Shown here: positions 1 to 8,217 of the stretch, piece after piece
How the letters are laid out: each line of letters begins with the position of its first letter
Numbering within the stretch: the first letter of the stretch is position 1
Source: a bacterium
Lineage (GTDB): Bacteria > UBA8248 > JACPRG01 > G963555815
NCBI GenBank assembly: GCA_965218795.1
Contig: OZ244653.1
Location: forward strand, 1,280,001-1,344,000
DNA: 64,000 nt
Direction of reading: 5' to 3'
Notes under the pieces: generated by a model
Seen by the model: only the letters and a program-made list of their open reading frames with translations
What the model was told of the DNA's origin: nothing
The model's database searches: none
Translations under genes and position numbers: made by a program

Positions 1-120
1 CTCGTCATCGGCAAGCGGGAGGTTTTGCCGCCGGGCAGCATGAATTTTTTTCTGCAGGCGGAGGGACGAACGGACGTGTACATTCGAAAGAACCGGGCCG
101 CCAATCCGCAGCAGATCTAG
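1..120 (+). CDS. 3' end of a gene entering the window, possibly a CheR-like methyltransferase C-terminus
   Basis: Frame 1 is open from base 1 (LVIGKREVLPPGSMNFF...NPQQI) to TAG at 118-120. LVIGxxE-x-L resembles the CheR C-terminal strand, but the fragment is too short to be sure. Confidence 0.3.
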   Translation, partial: LVIGKREVLPPGSMNFFLQAEGRTDVYIRKNRAANPQQI

Positions 121-204
121 CAGATCTAACGGAAGAAGTATCTTCTGTTTGCAATCATCAGGTTCGATGAGGAAAGATCGAGCCATCCGCGCGAGGGGAT
201 TGAA

Positions 205-837
205 TTGGGCGAGACCCTGTGGGCTTTCTTGGTGAGTGTGGGCTTCATCTCGATGACGGGCGTAATGGCGCCCGGGCCCGTTACGGCCTCCGCCATCGCG
301 CTCAGCCGCACCCGGCGATGGGCGGGCGTCGGGGTTGGAGCCGGACATTGTCTCGTGGAAGTCCCCATCCTGGCTGTCTTGGTATGGGGGTCGGGATCCG
401 TGATGCAGGAACCCGTCTTTCAACGGGTTCTCGGAATCAGCGGAGGACTCGTGATGACCTGGATGGGGATCTCGATGATTCGGGAAAGGTCCAAATGGGC
501 CTCCGATCAGGAAAGCGCCTACGAAAGGGCGGGTATCACCGGTGGACCCTTGCGCGCCGGGATTCTGACGAGCCTGGGCAACCCTTACATCTTTCTCTGG
601 TGGGCGACCGTCGGAGCGGGCCTGGTGGCCGCAGGCGAGCGCTTTGGCGCCGCGGGGCTTGCGGGGATGGTAGCCGTCCACTGGGTCTGCGACCTCGGTT
701 GGGGCGGCGCCCTCGGGGTGTCCTCGCACGGCGTTTTAGGGAGACTCCCGCCCAGGGGCAGGTCTGCGGTTTTTGGAGTTTGCGGCTTGGCGCTCGTGGG
801 ATTCGGCGCCCGGTTCTTCCTGACGGGTGTTCTCTAG
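205..837 (+). CDS. LysE/RhtB family amino-acid exporter
   Basis: 210 aa hydrophobic ORF with N-terminal APGP motif, a G-x-G-x-G-H segment and GILTSLGNPY..WW, all typical of LysE translocators. Confidence 0.85.
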   Translation: MGETLWAFLVSVGFISMTGVMAPGPVTASAIALSRTRRWAGVGVGAGHCLVEVPILAVLVWGSGSVMQEPVFQRVLGISGGLVMTWMGISMIRERSKWASDQESAYERAGITGGPLRAGILTSLGNPYIFLWWATVGAGLVAAGERFGAAGLAGMVAVHWVCDLGWGGALGVSSHGVLGRLPPRGRSAVFGVCGLALVGFGARFFLTGVL

Positions 838-1879
838 CCGGCAGGCTCCTCTCTGGTCGTGACGATTCGCCCCAGCGTGAGGTTCTCTTTCCACAGGCAA
901 CCCAGGCCGATAAGCACGATCGGCCCGAACGCGACGATGTGGACGACGACGGCGAAACTGAGGGCCGCCCCCTCAGAGACGCCATAAAACATGGCGGCCA
1001 TCACCGTGACGGCGTGAAATGTCCCAACGAACCCGGGGGATGACGGGATCATCACGCCGATGGCCTGCATGACGATGATCAACAGGACGGCATGCCAGGG
1101 CAGGTACTGGCCGAACGCCAAGAGCGTAAAGTAGTTCGTCCCGAGCCCAATCGTCCAGAGGAGGATCGTCCACCAAAGGATCATCATCAGATGGGCCGGC
1201 ACAATGGGGACGTAAATACCTTGAATGAATCCGTCGAGTGTGTCTTCGGCTTTCTTGGCGAACCGCGGCGAAAACCGCACCAGCAGCCAATCGACAAAAC
1301 GAAGGGTCTTCTCACGAGCAACGCGCAGGAACACCAGGAACAGAATGATTCCGGCGTAGAAAAAAAAGAGAAAAAGCCGGCCCACCGCAGACCGCTTCTC
1401 ATCGAAACCCCGCCCAGGGCCGTTGCCCCGGGGGAAGAACTCCCGGGGTCTCCGCCTTCGGGAAAGGGGACCACCCACAGTGCGATCACGAGGTACATGA
1501 GCAGCCAGAGTCCGTCCAATAGACGTTCGACGATAATGGAAGCGAACACCGCGCTTTTGCTTTTCCCTGAACGGTGCCCCAGGCACCAGGCTCGGACGAA
1601 CTCTCCAATCCGTGCCGGCAAGAGTCCGTTGGCCATAAAACCGATGAAGGTGGCGGAGAGCCGCGCGTCGAAAGAAGTTTGCAGGTCCTCTCTGAGGAGA
1701 TACCGCCACCGCCAGGCCCGAATGAAAATCAACGAAACAGCGCAGAAAACCCCCGGCATGATCCATCCGTAATGGGCTGTCCTGAACGCATCGGCGACCT
1801 CGCCGAAATTGACCTGATAGACGAGGAAGGCCACGGCGGCCGCGCTGATCAGGATGCCTATCCAGAAATTAAGCTTCAC
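834..1879 (-). CDS. Lysylphosphatidylglycerol synthase TM-domain / UPF0104 flippase-like membrane protein, frameshifted at ~1360-1367
   Basis: The N-half (RAWRW, NGLLPARIGEFVRA, ERLLDG) lies in ORF 1187..1927 from GTG 1879. The C-half (IPSSPGFVGTFH) lies in ORF 834..1766. One extra T in the minus-strand T8 run joins them. Confidence 0.8.
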
Positions 1880-2810
1880 CGGGTTCTTCCTTGAAGTATG
1901 CCTTCGCCGTTTCCACATCCCGGCCAATCTGCTCGATGAGACACTCTATGGAAGGGAACGGCATTTCCGGACGAATTCGACGGATGAATCGGACTTCAAT
2001 GGTCTCGCCATAAAGGTCGCCGTCAAATTCCAACAAGTGAGCTTCAATGCTCAGGGTGTCTCCGCCGAAGGTTGGGTTCACCCCTACGTTGACGACAGCC
2101 TCATGCGCCTCACCCCCCAAAACGATGCTTGCCACATACACCCCCTTGGCCGGGATGATTTGATTGCCGGGGTGTACATTTGCGGTGGGAAACCCCAGGC
2201 CCGCCCCACGATGCGCTCCATGAATCACTTCACCCCTGACGCTATAACCCCTTCCGAGAAAACGGGCCGCCGTCTCGACGTCCCCCTCTCTGACCAGGGA
2301 ACGAATTCGTGTGCTGCTGACGACATCGACGCCGCCCATTTCAAAGGCTCCGATGATGTGGGCATGAGAGCCGGCCCGGGCGGCCTCTTCCTTCAGAAAG
2401 TTCGCGTTTCCCGCTTTTCCCCGTCCGAAGGAGAAATTGAATCCGACTACGATTTCACGAGCTCCAATGATCTCCAGCAAAACTCTCTGGACGAAGTCCT
2501 CCGCTTCAATCCTCGAAAAATCCCGGTCGAAAGGAACGGTTACGAGAAGATCGATCCCCGCCTGTCGTATGAGGTCCTGCTTGGTCGGCTGATCTGCAAG
2601 ATACTGCAGCTTCCTGTCTGGAGTGAAAAACTGGGCCGGATGCGGCCAGAAGGTCATAGCCACAGCCGTTCCCTGATTTCGCCGGGCGATGGCAACGGTT
2701 TCGCTGAGAATCCGACGGTGCGCGATATGAACGCCGTCAAAGTTCCCGATGGTCAGAACGGGATAGGCCAGATCTGCGGGAAATCCATCCAGTCCTTGAA
2801 TGATTCTCAT
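1869..2810 (-). CDS. ribF: Bifunctional riboflavin kinase / FAD synthetase
   Basis: TIGNFDGVHIAH, VSSTRIR, G.GLGFPTAN and GVNPTF..EAHLL motifs. Confidence 0.97.
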   Translation of the reverse strand: MRIIQGLDGFPADLAYPVLTIGNFDGVHIAHRRILSETVAIARRNQGTAVAMTFWPHPAQFFTPDRKLQYLADQPTKQDLIRQAGIDLLVTVPFDRDFSRIEAEDFVQRVLLEIIGAREIVVGFNFSFGRGKAGNANFLKEEAARAGSHAHIIGAFEMGGVDVVSSTRIRSLVREGDVETAARFLGRGYSVRGEVIHGAHRGAGLGFPTANVHPGNQIIPAKGVYVASIVLGGEAHEAVVNVGVNPTFGGDTLSIEAHLLEFDGDLYGETIEVRFIRRIRPEMPFPSIECLIEQIGRDVETAKAYFKEEPGEA

Positions 2811-2858
2811 GTACATATAAAGGATAGGGAAATTTGGTTGGAGGCTGGACGAGTCACA

Positions 2859-2886
2859 TTGACATGGAGAATCACTACTCTAAAAT
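2859..2886 (+). promoter_or_regulatory. Candidate sigma70 promoter for the tolC-ruvX-mltG unit
   Basis: TTGACA (2859-2864), 16-nt spacer, TAAAAT (2881-2886) in the divergent ribF/tolC gap. Confidence 0.5.
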
Positions 2887-3158
2887 ACTTTCCAGATATA
2901 GCACTCGGGTGGACTCCCTTCAACCATTTCGATGGATTCTGGGTAGAGACAAAGGGACACACCGCAGGCTCGGCAAAGATGGCTGTACCGTCCACAGCGT
3001 TTGACAGCGTGTCGCTCATTCCTTAGAGGCTCCCGATGATAGGCGGACTCAGTGTACAACCGAATCATCGCACCAAGCGTCCCGAGATCCAAGATTCGAG
3101 AGGGTTCCATCCCGGCCGGGCAACACGGTTCTCCCCGATTTCGATTCTTCCGAGACGG

Positions 3159-4808
3159 ATGCGGGCCTTATCTCCGCTTGCCGGAGGGCTCCTTGTTGTT
3201 TCCGGTTTGTTGACCCCCGCCAATAGCTTTGGACAACTCCGCGCCGCAGATGAGGTGAAAGGCGCCCCAAGGATGCCGGCCCGTCTCACGGCGCAGGCGA
3301 CTCCCGCGCCCAAGGTGGATCACGGGGAGACGAAGGCCCCCAAATCCACAACGTCAATGCCGGCCTCGGGGCCCCCTCAAGCGCTTCTCTCCCTGTCCCT
3401 CAATGACAGCATTCAAATGGGGCTGGCGAAAAACTTTCAGATACGTATGGATCAGCTCAACCCGCGCATCCGGGCTCAGGACGTTACCCGGGAAGATGCC
3501 GAGTTCGATACCGTGGGGTTCGTCAACGGCAGTCTCGAGGAGGCCTTTGAGCCTTCCAATTCTGCTTTGGGGATGGTTCGACGGACCGAAACCGACACGC
3601 AAACCTTCAATGTTGGAATCCGTAGACGCTACAAGACGGGTACGAGCTATGAGATCAGAACCGGACTGGACAAATCCAAGAACAACGCCGAATTCATCCG
3701 GCTTAATCCGGCCGTTGAGCCTACGTTCTCTCTTTCACTCACACAGAACCTGCTCAAGAACTTCGGCCGTCATGTCAACTCCACCGCCATTCGGGTCGCG
3801 CAGAACGATCAAGCAATTTCCGCCAGCCAGTTTCGGGACAGCGTAATCAATGTGGTCACGGATGTCGAGAATTTCTATTGGGAGCTCGTTTTCGCCATTG
3901 AGGAGCTCGAGGTCAAGAAAAGATCATTGGCCCTTGCGCAGGATCTACTCCGCCGTAACAAGATCCAGGTCGAGGTGGGGACACTTGCGCCCCTTGAGAT
4001 TGTTCAGGCCCAGGCCAGCGTCGCCAGCCGGGAGGCTGAAGTCATCACCGCCGATCGTCAGGTCCGGGATAACGATGATCGGCTCAAGCGTGCCTTGAAC
4101 CTTCCCTGGAATACGCGAATCCGTCCGACCCAGCAATATCACAAGGGCCTGCCGAAGGTGGTCCGGCGTGTGCCCGACGTCCAGAAAAGTTTCGCAATCG
4201 CCCTCAAGAACCGGCCCGATTACCAGCAATCAAAGATTGATCTGGAGAACCGGAACATTCAAACCCAATTTGCCAAGAACCAACTTCTTCCTACCCTCGA
4301 CCTGACGGGAAGCATTGCGCTGAACGGCCTGGGCCACGATTTTGCGGAAGCCGTGGACGACTTTGGCCGGGGGGAATTCTATCAATGGGCGGTCGGGTTT
4401 ACCTTCGAGTTTCCCTTCAGCAATCGCTCCGCGAGAAGCACGCTGACCCAAAGGAAGCTGGAAACGGCGCGAGCCCTGCTGAGTCTCAAAAACCTTGAAC
4501 AGCAGATCTTTCTTGAAGTGCGGAAGGCCGTACGCGCCATATCGACCGCGCAAAAGCAGGCGGACTCCACCCGGGCGGCCCGGTTCCTGGCTGAAAGGCA
4601 GCTCGACGCGGAGGAGAAAAAGTTTGCGGTCGGACTCTCCACCAACTTTCAGGTTTTGACGTTCCAGGACGACCTGTCCACCGCCCGAAGCGCCGAGACG
4701 CGGGCGACCATCGATCAGATTGAGTCCCTGGTCAATTTCCGCAAGGTCACGGGCCAAACCCTGTTGGCCAACCAGATCCAGTTGGAAGGGTCCGCCCGTC
4801 CGCGCTGA
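3159..4808 (+). CDS. TolC family outer-membrane efflux protein
   Basis: Signal-peptide-like N-terminus from ATG 3159, two OEP repeats (VENFYWEL..., NQLLPTLDL..., KFAVGLST...). Start uncertain; the ORF is open from 3036. Confidence 0.9.
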   Translation: MRALSPLAGGLLVVSGLLTPANSFGQLRAADEVKGAPRMPARLTAQATPAPKVDHGETKAPKSTTSMPASGPPQALLSLSLNDSIQMGLAKNFQIRMDQLNPRIRAQDVTREDAEFDTVGFVNGSLEEAFEPSNSALGMVRRTETDTQTFNVGIRRRYKTGTSYEIRTGLDKSKNNAEFIRLNPAVEPTFSLSLTQNLLKNFGRHVNSTAIRVAQNDQAISASQFRDSVINVVTDVENFYWELVFAIEELEVKKRSLALAQDLLRRNKIQVEVGTLAPLEIVQAQASVASREAEVITADRQVRDNDDRLKRALNLPWNTRIRPTQQYHKGLPKVVRRVPDVQKSFAIALKNRPDYQQSKIDLENRNIQTQFAKNQLLPTLDLTGSIALNGLGHDFAEAVDDFGRGEFYQWAVGFTFEFPFSNRSARSTLTQRKLETARALLSLKNLEQQIFLEVRKAVRAISTAQKQADSTRAARFLAERQLDAEEKKFAVGLSTNFQVLTFQDDLSTARSAETRATIDQIESLVNFRKVTGQTLLANQIQLEGSARPR

Positions 4809-4842
4809 TGCCCGCCCTCACGAGATTCAGCCGTTGACCGAT

Positions 4843-5274
4843 TTGATTGGACGTATATTGGCGGTGGATCTGGGCGCCCGGCGCATAGGTCTCGCTCTCA
4901 GCGACCCCCTCGGGCTGACCGCCCAACCCCTTCCCACCCTCCAAGCCGAAAGCCGGGAGACCGATGTCAGGGAGGTGAGTCGCATCACGGCCGATCACGA
5001 GGTTCAATCCGTCATCGTGGGCCTGCCCCTCCGGATGGACGGACGCGCCGGCCCTGAGGCCCGCCGGGCCGAGCGATTCGCCGAGGAATTACGGATGGCC
5101 ACGGGCTTGGCGGTCCGGACCTGGGACGAACGCCTGACCACTGTCATATCCGAGCGGAGCCTGATTGAATCGGGACGAAGCCGGAAGAAACGGCAGGCGG
5201 TCATCGACTCAGTTGCATCAATACTCATCCTTCAAAATTATCTGGATTATCTGAAGAACAAAAAACCCGCTTAG
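4843..5274 (+). CDS. ruvX: Pre-16S rRNA nuclease YqgF / RuvX
   Basis: ILAVDLGARRIGLALSD, IVGLP, WDERLTT and IDSVAS.LILQ motifs. Start estimated at TTG 4843. Confidence 0.95.
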   Translation: MIGRILAVDLGARRIGLALSDPLGLTAQPLPTLQAESRETDVREVSRITADHEVQSVIVGLPLRMDGRAGPEARRAERFAEELRMATGLAVRTWDERLTTVISERSLIESGRSRKKRQAVIDSVASILILQNYLDYLKNKKPA

Positions 5275-5281
5275 GCTCCTC

Positions 5282-6319
5282 ATGAGTCGATCTTTGAAAT
5301 CCATCATGTGGGGAACGGCCATCCTTGTGGCTCTTGCAGGATTCGGGGCCACTTGGCTCAATGTTCGGTTCCATCTCCCGCGCGACACCCATTCCCGTCC
5401 CAAGATCGTCGAGTTCCCAAAAGGCGCCAGCCTCCGCGAGATCGCCTCGAAACTCGAGACCGAGGGGCTGATTCGCAGCCGGTATGTGTTCACCCTGCTG
5501 AGCTGGGTGAGAGATCGCTCACGGGGGTTGAAGGCGGGGGAATATCGATTGAGCCCGGCCATGAGCCCGGAGGCCATTTTGGAGGTTCTGGCGCGCGGCG
5601 AGGTAGTCCAACACGCTTTGACCATTCCCGAGGGCTACAGTGTCCGGGAAATCGCCGCAGCCATTGAGCGCGCCGGATTCGGCCCGGCCCGGCAGGTCGA
5701 GGCAGTCGCATCCGACCCGGCCTTTCTGAAGCGCTTCCAGATCCCAGTACACAGCGCAGAAGGGTATTTGTTCCCGGAAACCTATCACTTCACGAAACGG
5801 ACTGTTCCTCCGAAGATCCTGTCACGAATGGTCCTGACCTTCAGGGAGCGATTCAAGCCGGAGATGGTCGCGCTGGCCAAGAAAAGAAGCCTTTCGGTTC
5901 ATCAGGTCGTGACCCTCGCCTCCATTATTGAACGCGAAACGGCAGTTCCGGCTGAGAGACCGCTCATCGCTGCCGTATATCTGAACCGTCTGAAACGAAG
6001 GATGCGTCTTCAGGCGGACCCCACGGTTCTATACGCTTTGAATCGGACGTCAGGCGCACTGACCCGTCAGGATCTTCATGTGGACTCGCCCTATAACACG
6101 TACCGGACTCGGGGCCTCCCTCCGGGGCCCATTGCCAGTCCGGGTCTTGAATCCCTGGACGCCGTTCTCCATCCGGCTCCGGTGGGTTATCTCTACTTCG
6201 TGGCACGGGGAGATGGAAGCCATATCTTCAGCCGGACGCTCAAAGAGCACCTGAAAGCCGTCTCCCAGTATCGGAAATCCCAAACCGGGAACGAGACCCG
6301 CACCCGGCCGGCCAATTAG
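5282..6319 (+). CDS. mltG: Endolytic transglycosylase MltG (YceG family)
   Basis: N-terminal TM helix, EGYLFPETY, LASIIERE, LQADPTV and SPYNTY..GLPPGPI motifs. Confidence 0.96.
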   Translation: MSRSLKSIMWGTAILVALAGFGATWLNVRFHLPRDTHSRPKIVEFPKGASLREIASKLETEGLIRSRYVFTLLSWVRDRSRGLKAGEYRLSPAMSPEAILEVLARGEVVQHALTIPEGYSVREIAAAIERAGFGPARQVEAVASDPAFLKRFQIPVHSAEGYLFPETYHFTKRTVPPKILSRMVLTFRERFKPEMVALAKKRSLSVHQVVTLASIIERETAVPAERPLIAAVYLNRLKRRMRLQADPTVLYALNRTSGALTRQDLHVDSPYNTYRTRGLPPGPIASPGLESLDAVLHPAPVGYLYFVARGDGSHIFSRTLKEHLKAVSQYRKSQTGNETRTRPAN

Positions 6320-6534
6320 CTTTGGATTCAATATTTCCTTGGCCCGGACCGAGTGTGTGTATATACTTGAATATCGGAAGTTTCAGGCGGGGCCGAAGAG
6401 CCACACGAGTGGAAATCCGAGGCAATATCTTTCCATTCACCCTGTTACGAAATAGATACGATCATCAAGAATCGGCCTTCAGCAGATTCATCGAATGACT
6501 CATTCCACACCGTTTCATCTTTCGGAGCCTGAAA

Positions 6535-7278
6535 ATGCCCAAAGGCATCCGGCACCACATCCGAACGGTCGTCATCGCGGGTCTGCTGGTCATCATCCCG
6601 ATCTGGATCACCTTCATGCTTCTCCAGTTCCTGGCGGTGCGCCTGGACGGTGTCTTGGGCTCCTATGTTCCCGAGTTCTTCAAATTTTTCGGCTACCAAG
6701 TCCAGGAGATTCCCGGTTTGGGAATCATCATCATGATCGTGGCGATCTACTTTATCGGCTTGTTGGCCCGCAACCTGTTCGGCAGGCAGATTGTCAGCAT
6801 GACCGAGCGGGTGCTGGGAAAAGTGCCCATCGTCCGGACCGTTTACCTGGCCTCCAAGCAGCTGTTGGAAACGGTGGCCCTTCAGCAGGGCGACGGCTTC
6901 AAGCGAGTCGTTTTGATCGAGTATCCCCGGCGAGGGGTCTACTGTCTTGCCTTCGTCACCTCCGAAGCGGGGGGAGAGGTTCAGGCCCATTCCGGTGATG
7001 AAATCCTGAATGTCTTCGTACCGACCACGCCCAATCCAACTTCCGGCTACCTGGTTTTTTTGTCGAAGAAAGAGATGATCCCACTCGAAATGAGCATCGA
7101 AGAAGGGATCAAGTATGTGGTTTCCGGCGGATTTGTCGTTCCGCCTTATGCAGCGACCGAATCGCTGCCCCGAAGCGTTCCGCGAAACGGAGAGAGCGCA
7201 GCCCCAGAGCTTCCGTCCGCTCCCACGAAGGAAGAAACGAGGGCCGTCGATGGCGAAGAGGCTTCTGCTCGTCAATGA
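6535..7278 (+). CDS. DUF502 family membrane protein
   Basis: AGLLVIIPIWIT, KVPIVRTVY, VLIEYPR and FVPTTPNPTSG motifs. Confidence 0.9.
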   Translation: MPKGIRHHIRTVVIAGLLVIIPIWITFMLLQFLAVRLDGVLGSYVPEFFKFFGYQVQEIPGLGIIIMIVAIYFIGLLARNLFGRQIVSMTERVLGKVPIVRTVYLASKQLLETVALQQGDGFKRVVLIEYPRRGVYCLAFVTSEAGGEVQAHSGDEILNVFVPTTPNPTSGYLVFLSKKEMIPLEMSIEEGIKYVVSGGFVVPPYAATESLPRSVPRNGESAAPELPSAPTKEETRAVDGEEASARQ

Positions 7279-8212
7279 CAGCGTCGCCATTCGGGAAGTT
7301 GTCGAGTTGACGTTTGAAAACTCGGAAATCAATACCCGGACCGTCGCTGCTTTGGAAGAGGCCCTTGAGGCCATGCGTCAGGAATCCGCGGATATCATCG
7401 TAGCGGACGCGGACAAGGCCGAACTGGGAGCATGGGACTTGTGCCGGGAGGTCAAGCAGGACCCCGCGTTGTCATCCATACCCGTCATCCTGTTGACCGG
7501 AGACGAGGATGAATCCTCGCGGCCTACAGACATCACGCCGGACCTGATTCTTCCGAAGCCTTTTGGCTCGGACGATCTGGAACGCGCCGTGGCGTCCCTC
7601 GTCGGAATGGAGTCCGAAGAAGAACCGGTCTCGGATGAAGAGGAGGCCGAGTTCATCATGGAAAACGAAACGAACGGTACGCCGGACATCGGGGTGGAGG
7701 ATGAGAAACCCCTGGATCCGGCGGACCTCGACATGATGCTCGAACCCCTCGAAGAGGGAGGAGTCGTATTTGGCTCCGATGAAGACGAGTTGGGAATGAC
7801 CCCATCTGAGGAACCCACGTCTTCACCTGTCGAAGCGGCGCCTCCGGCGGATCCCGTAGATTTCCCGGAGGAGGATTTTTCGCTTGAAGCCGAAGCCCTT
7901 TCGCCCCCGCCCGCGGAGGAAAATGTCACCCCTCCGGGGGAGGCTGCATCCGCAGCGACCCCACCGGATATCCCTGCGGAAGACCTTCGGTCCGCTATCG
8001 AGTCCGCCGTTCGGCAGGCGGTATCGGAGTCGCTCCAGAGCCTGGAGCCGGACGCGTTGGAGAATCTCATCGCGTCCGGTGTCAGGGAGGCCATCCAGGA
8101 AGCCGCATCGAATTTGACTGGGATGGTGGAGCGCGTCGCTCGGGAGATCGTTCCCGACCTCGCCGAAATCTGGATCCAACGAGAAATTCAGCGACTCAAA
8201 GAAAAGGATTAA
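7250..8212 (+). CDS. RomR-like response regulator (receiver + acidic/Pro-rich linker + C-terminal helical domain)
   Basis: Receiver fold (LLVND, IIVAD, ILLT, KPF), a long D/E/P-rich linker, and the tail VERVAREIVPDLAEIWIQREIQRL. Confidence 0.75.
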   Translation: MAKRLLLVNDSVAIREVVELTFENSEINTRTVAALEEALEAMRQESADIIVADADKAELGAWDLCREVKQDPALSSIPVILLTGDEDESSRPTDITPDLILPKPFGSDDLERAVASLVGMESEEEPVSDEEEAEFIMENETNGTPDIGVEDEKPLDPADLDMMLEPLEEGGVVFGSDEDELGMTPSEEPTSSPVEAAPPADPVDFPEEDFSLEAEALSPPPAEENVTPPGEAASAATPPDIPAEDLRSAIESAVRQAVSESLQSLEPDALENLIASGVREAIQEAASNLTGMVERVAREIVPDLAEIWIQREIQRLKEKD

Positions 8213-8217
8213 TCCTC

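Noticed and set aside
112-129. Tandem CAGATCTAG/CAGATCTAA at the first stop codon
   Set aside because: Only two 9-bp copies; most likely a trivial local duplication.
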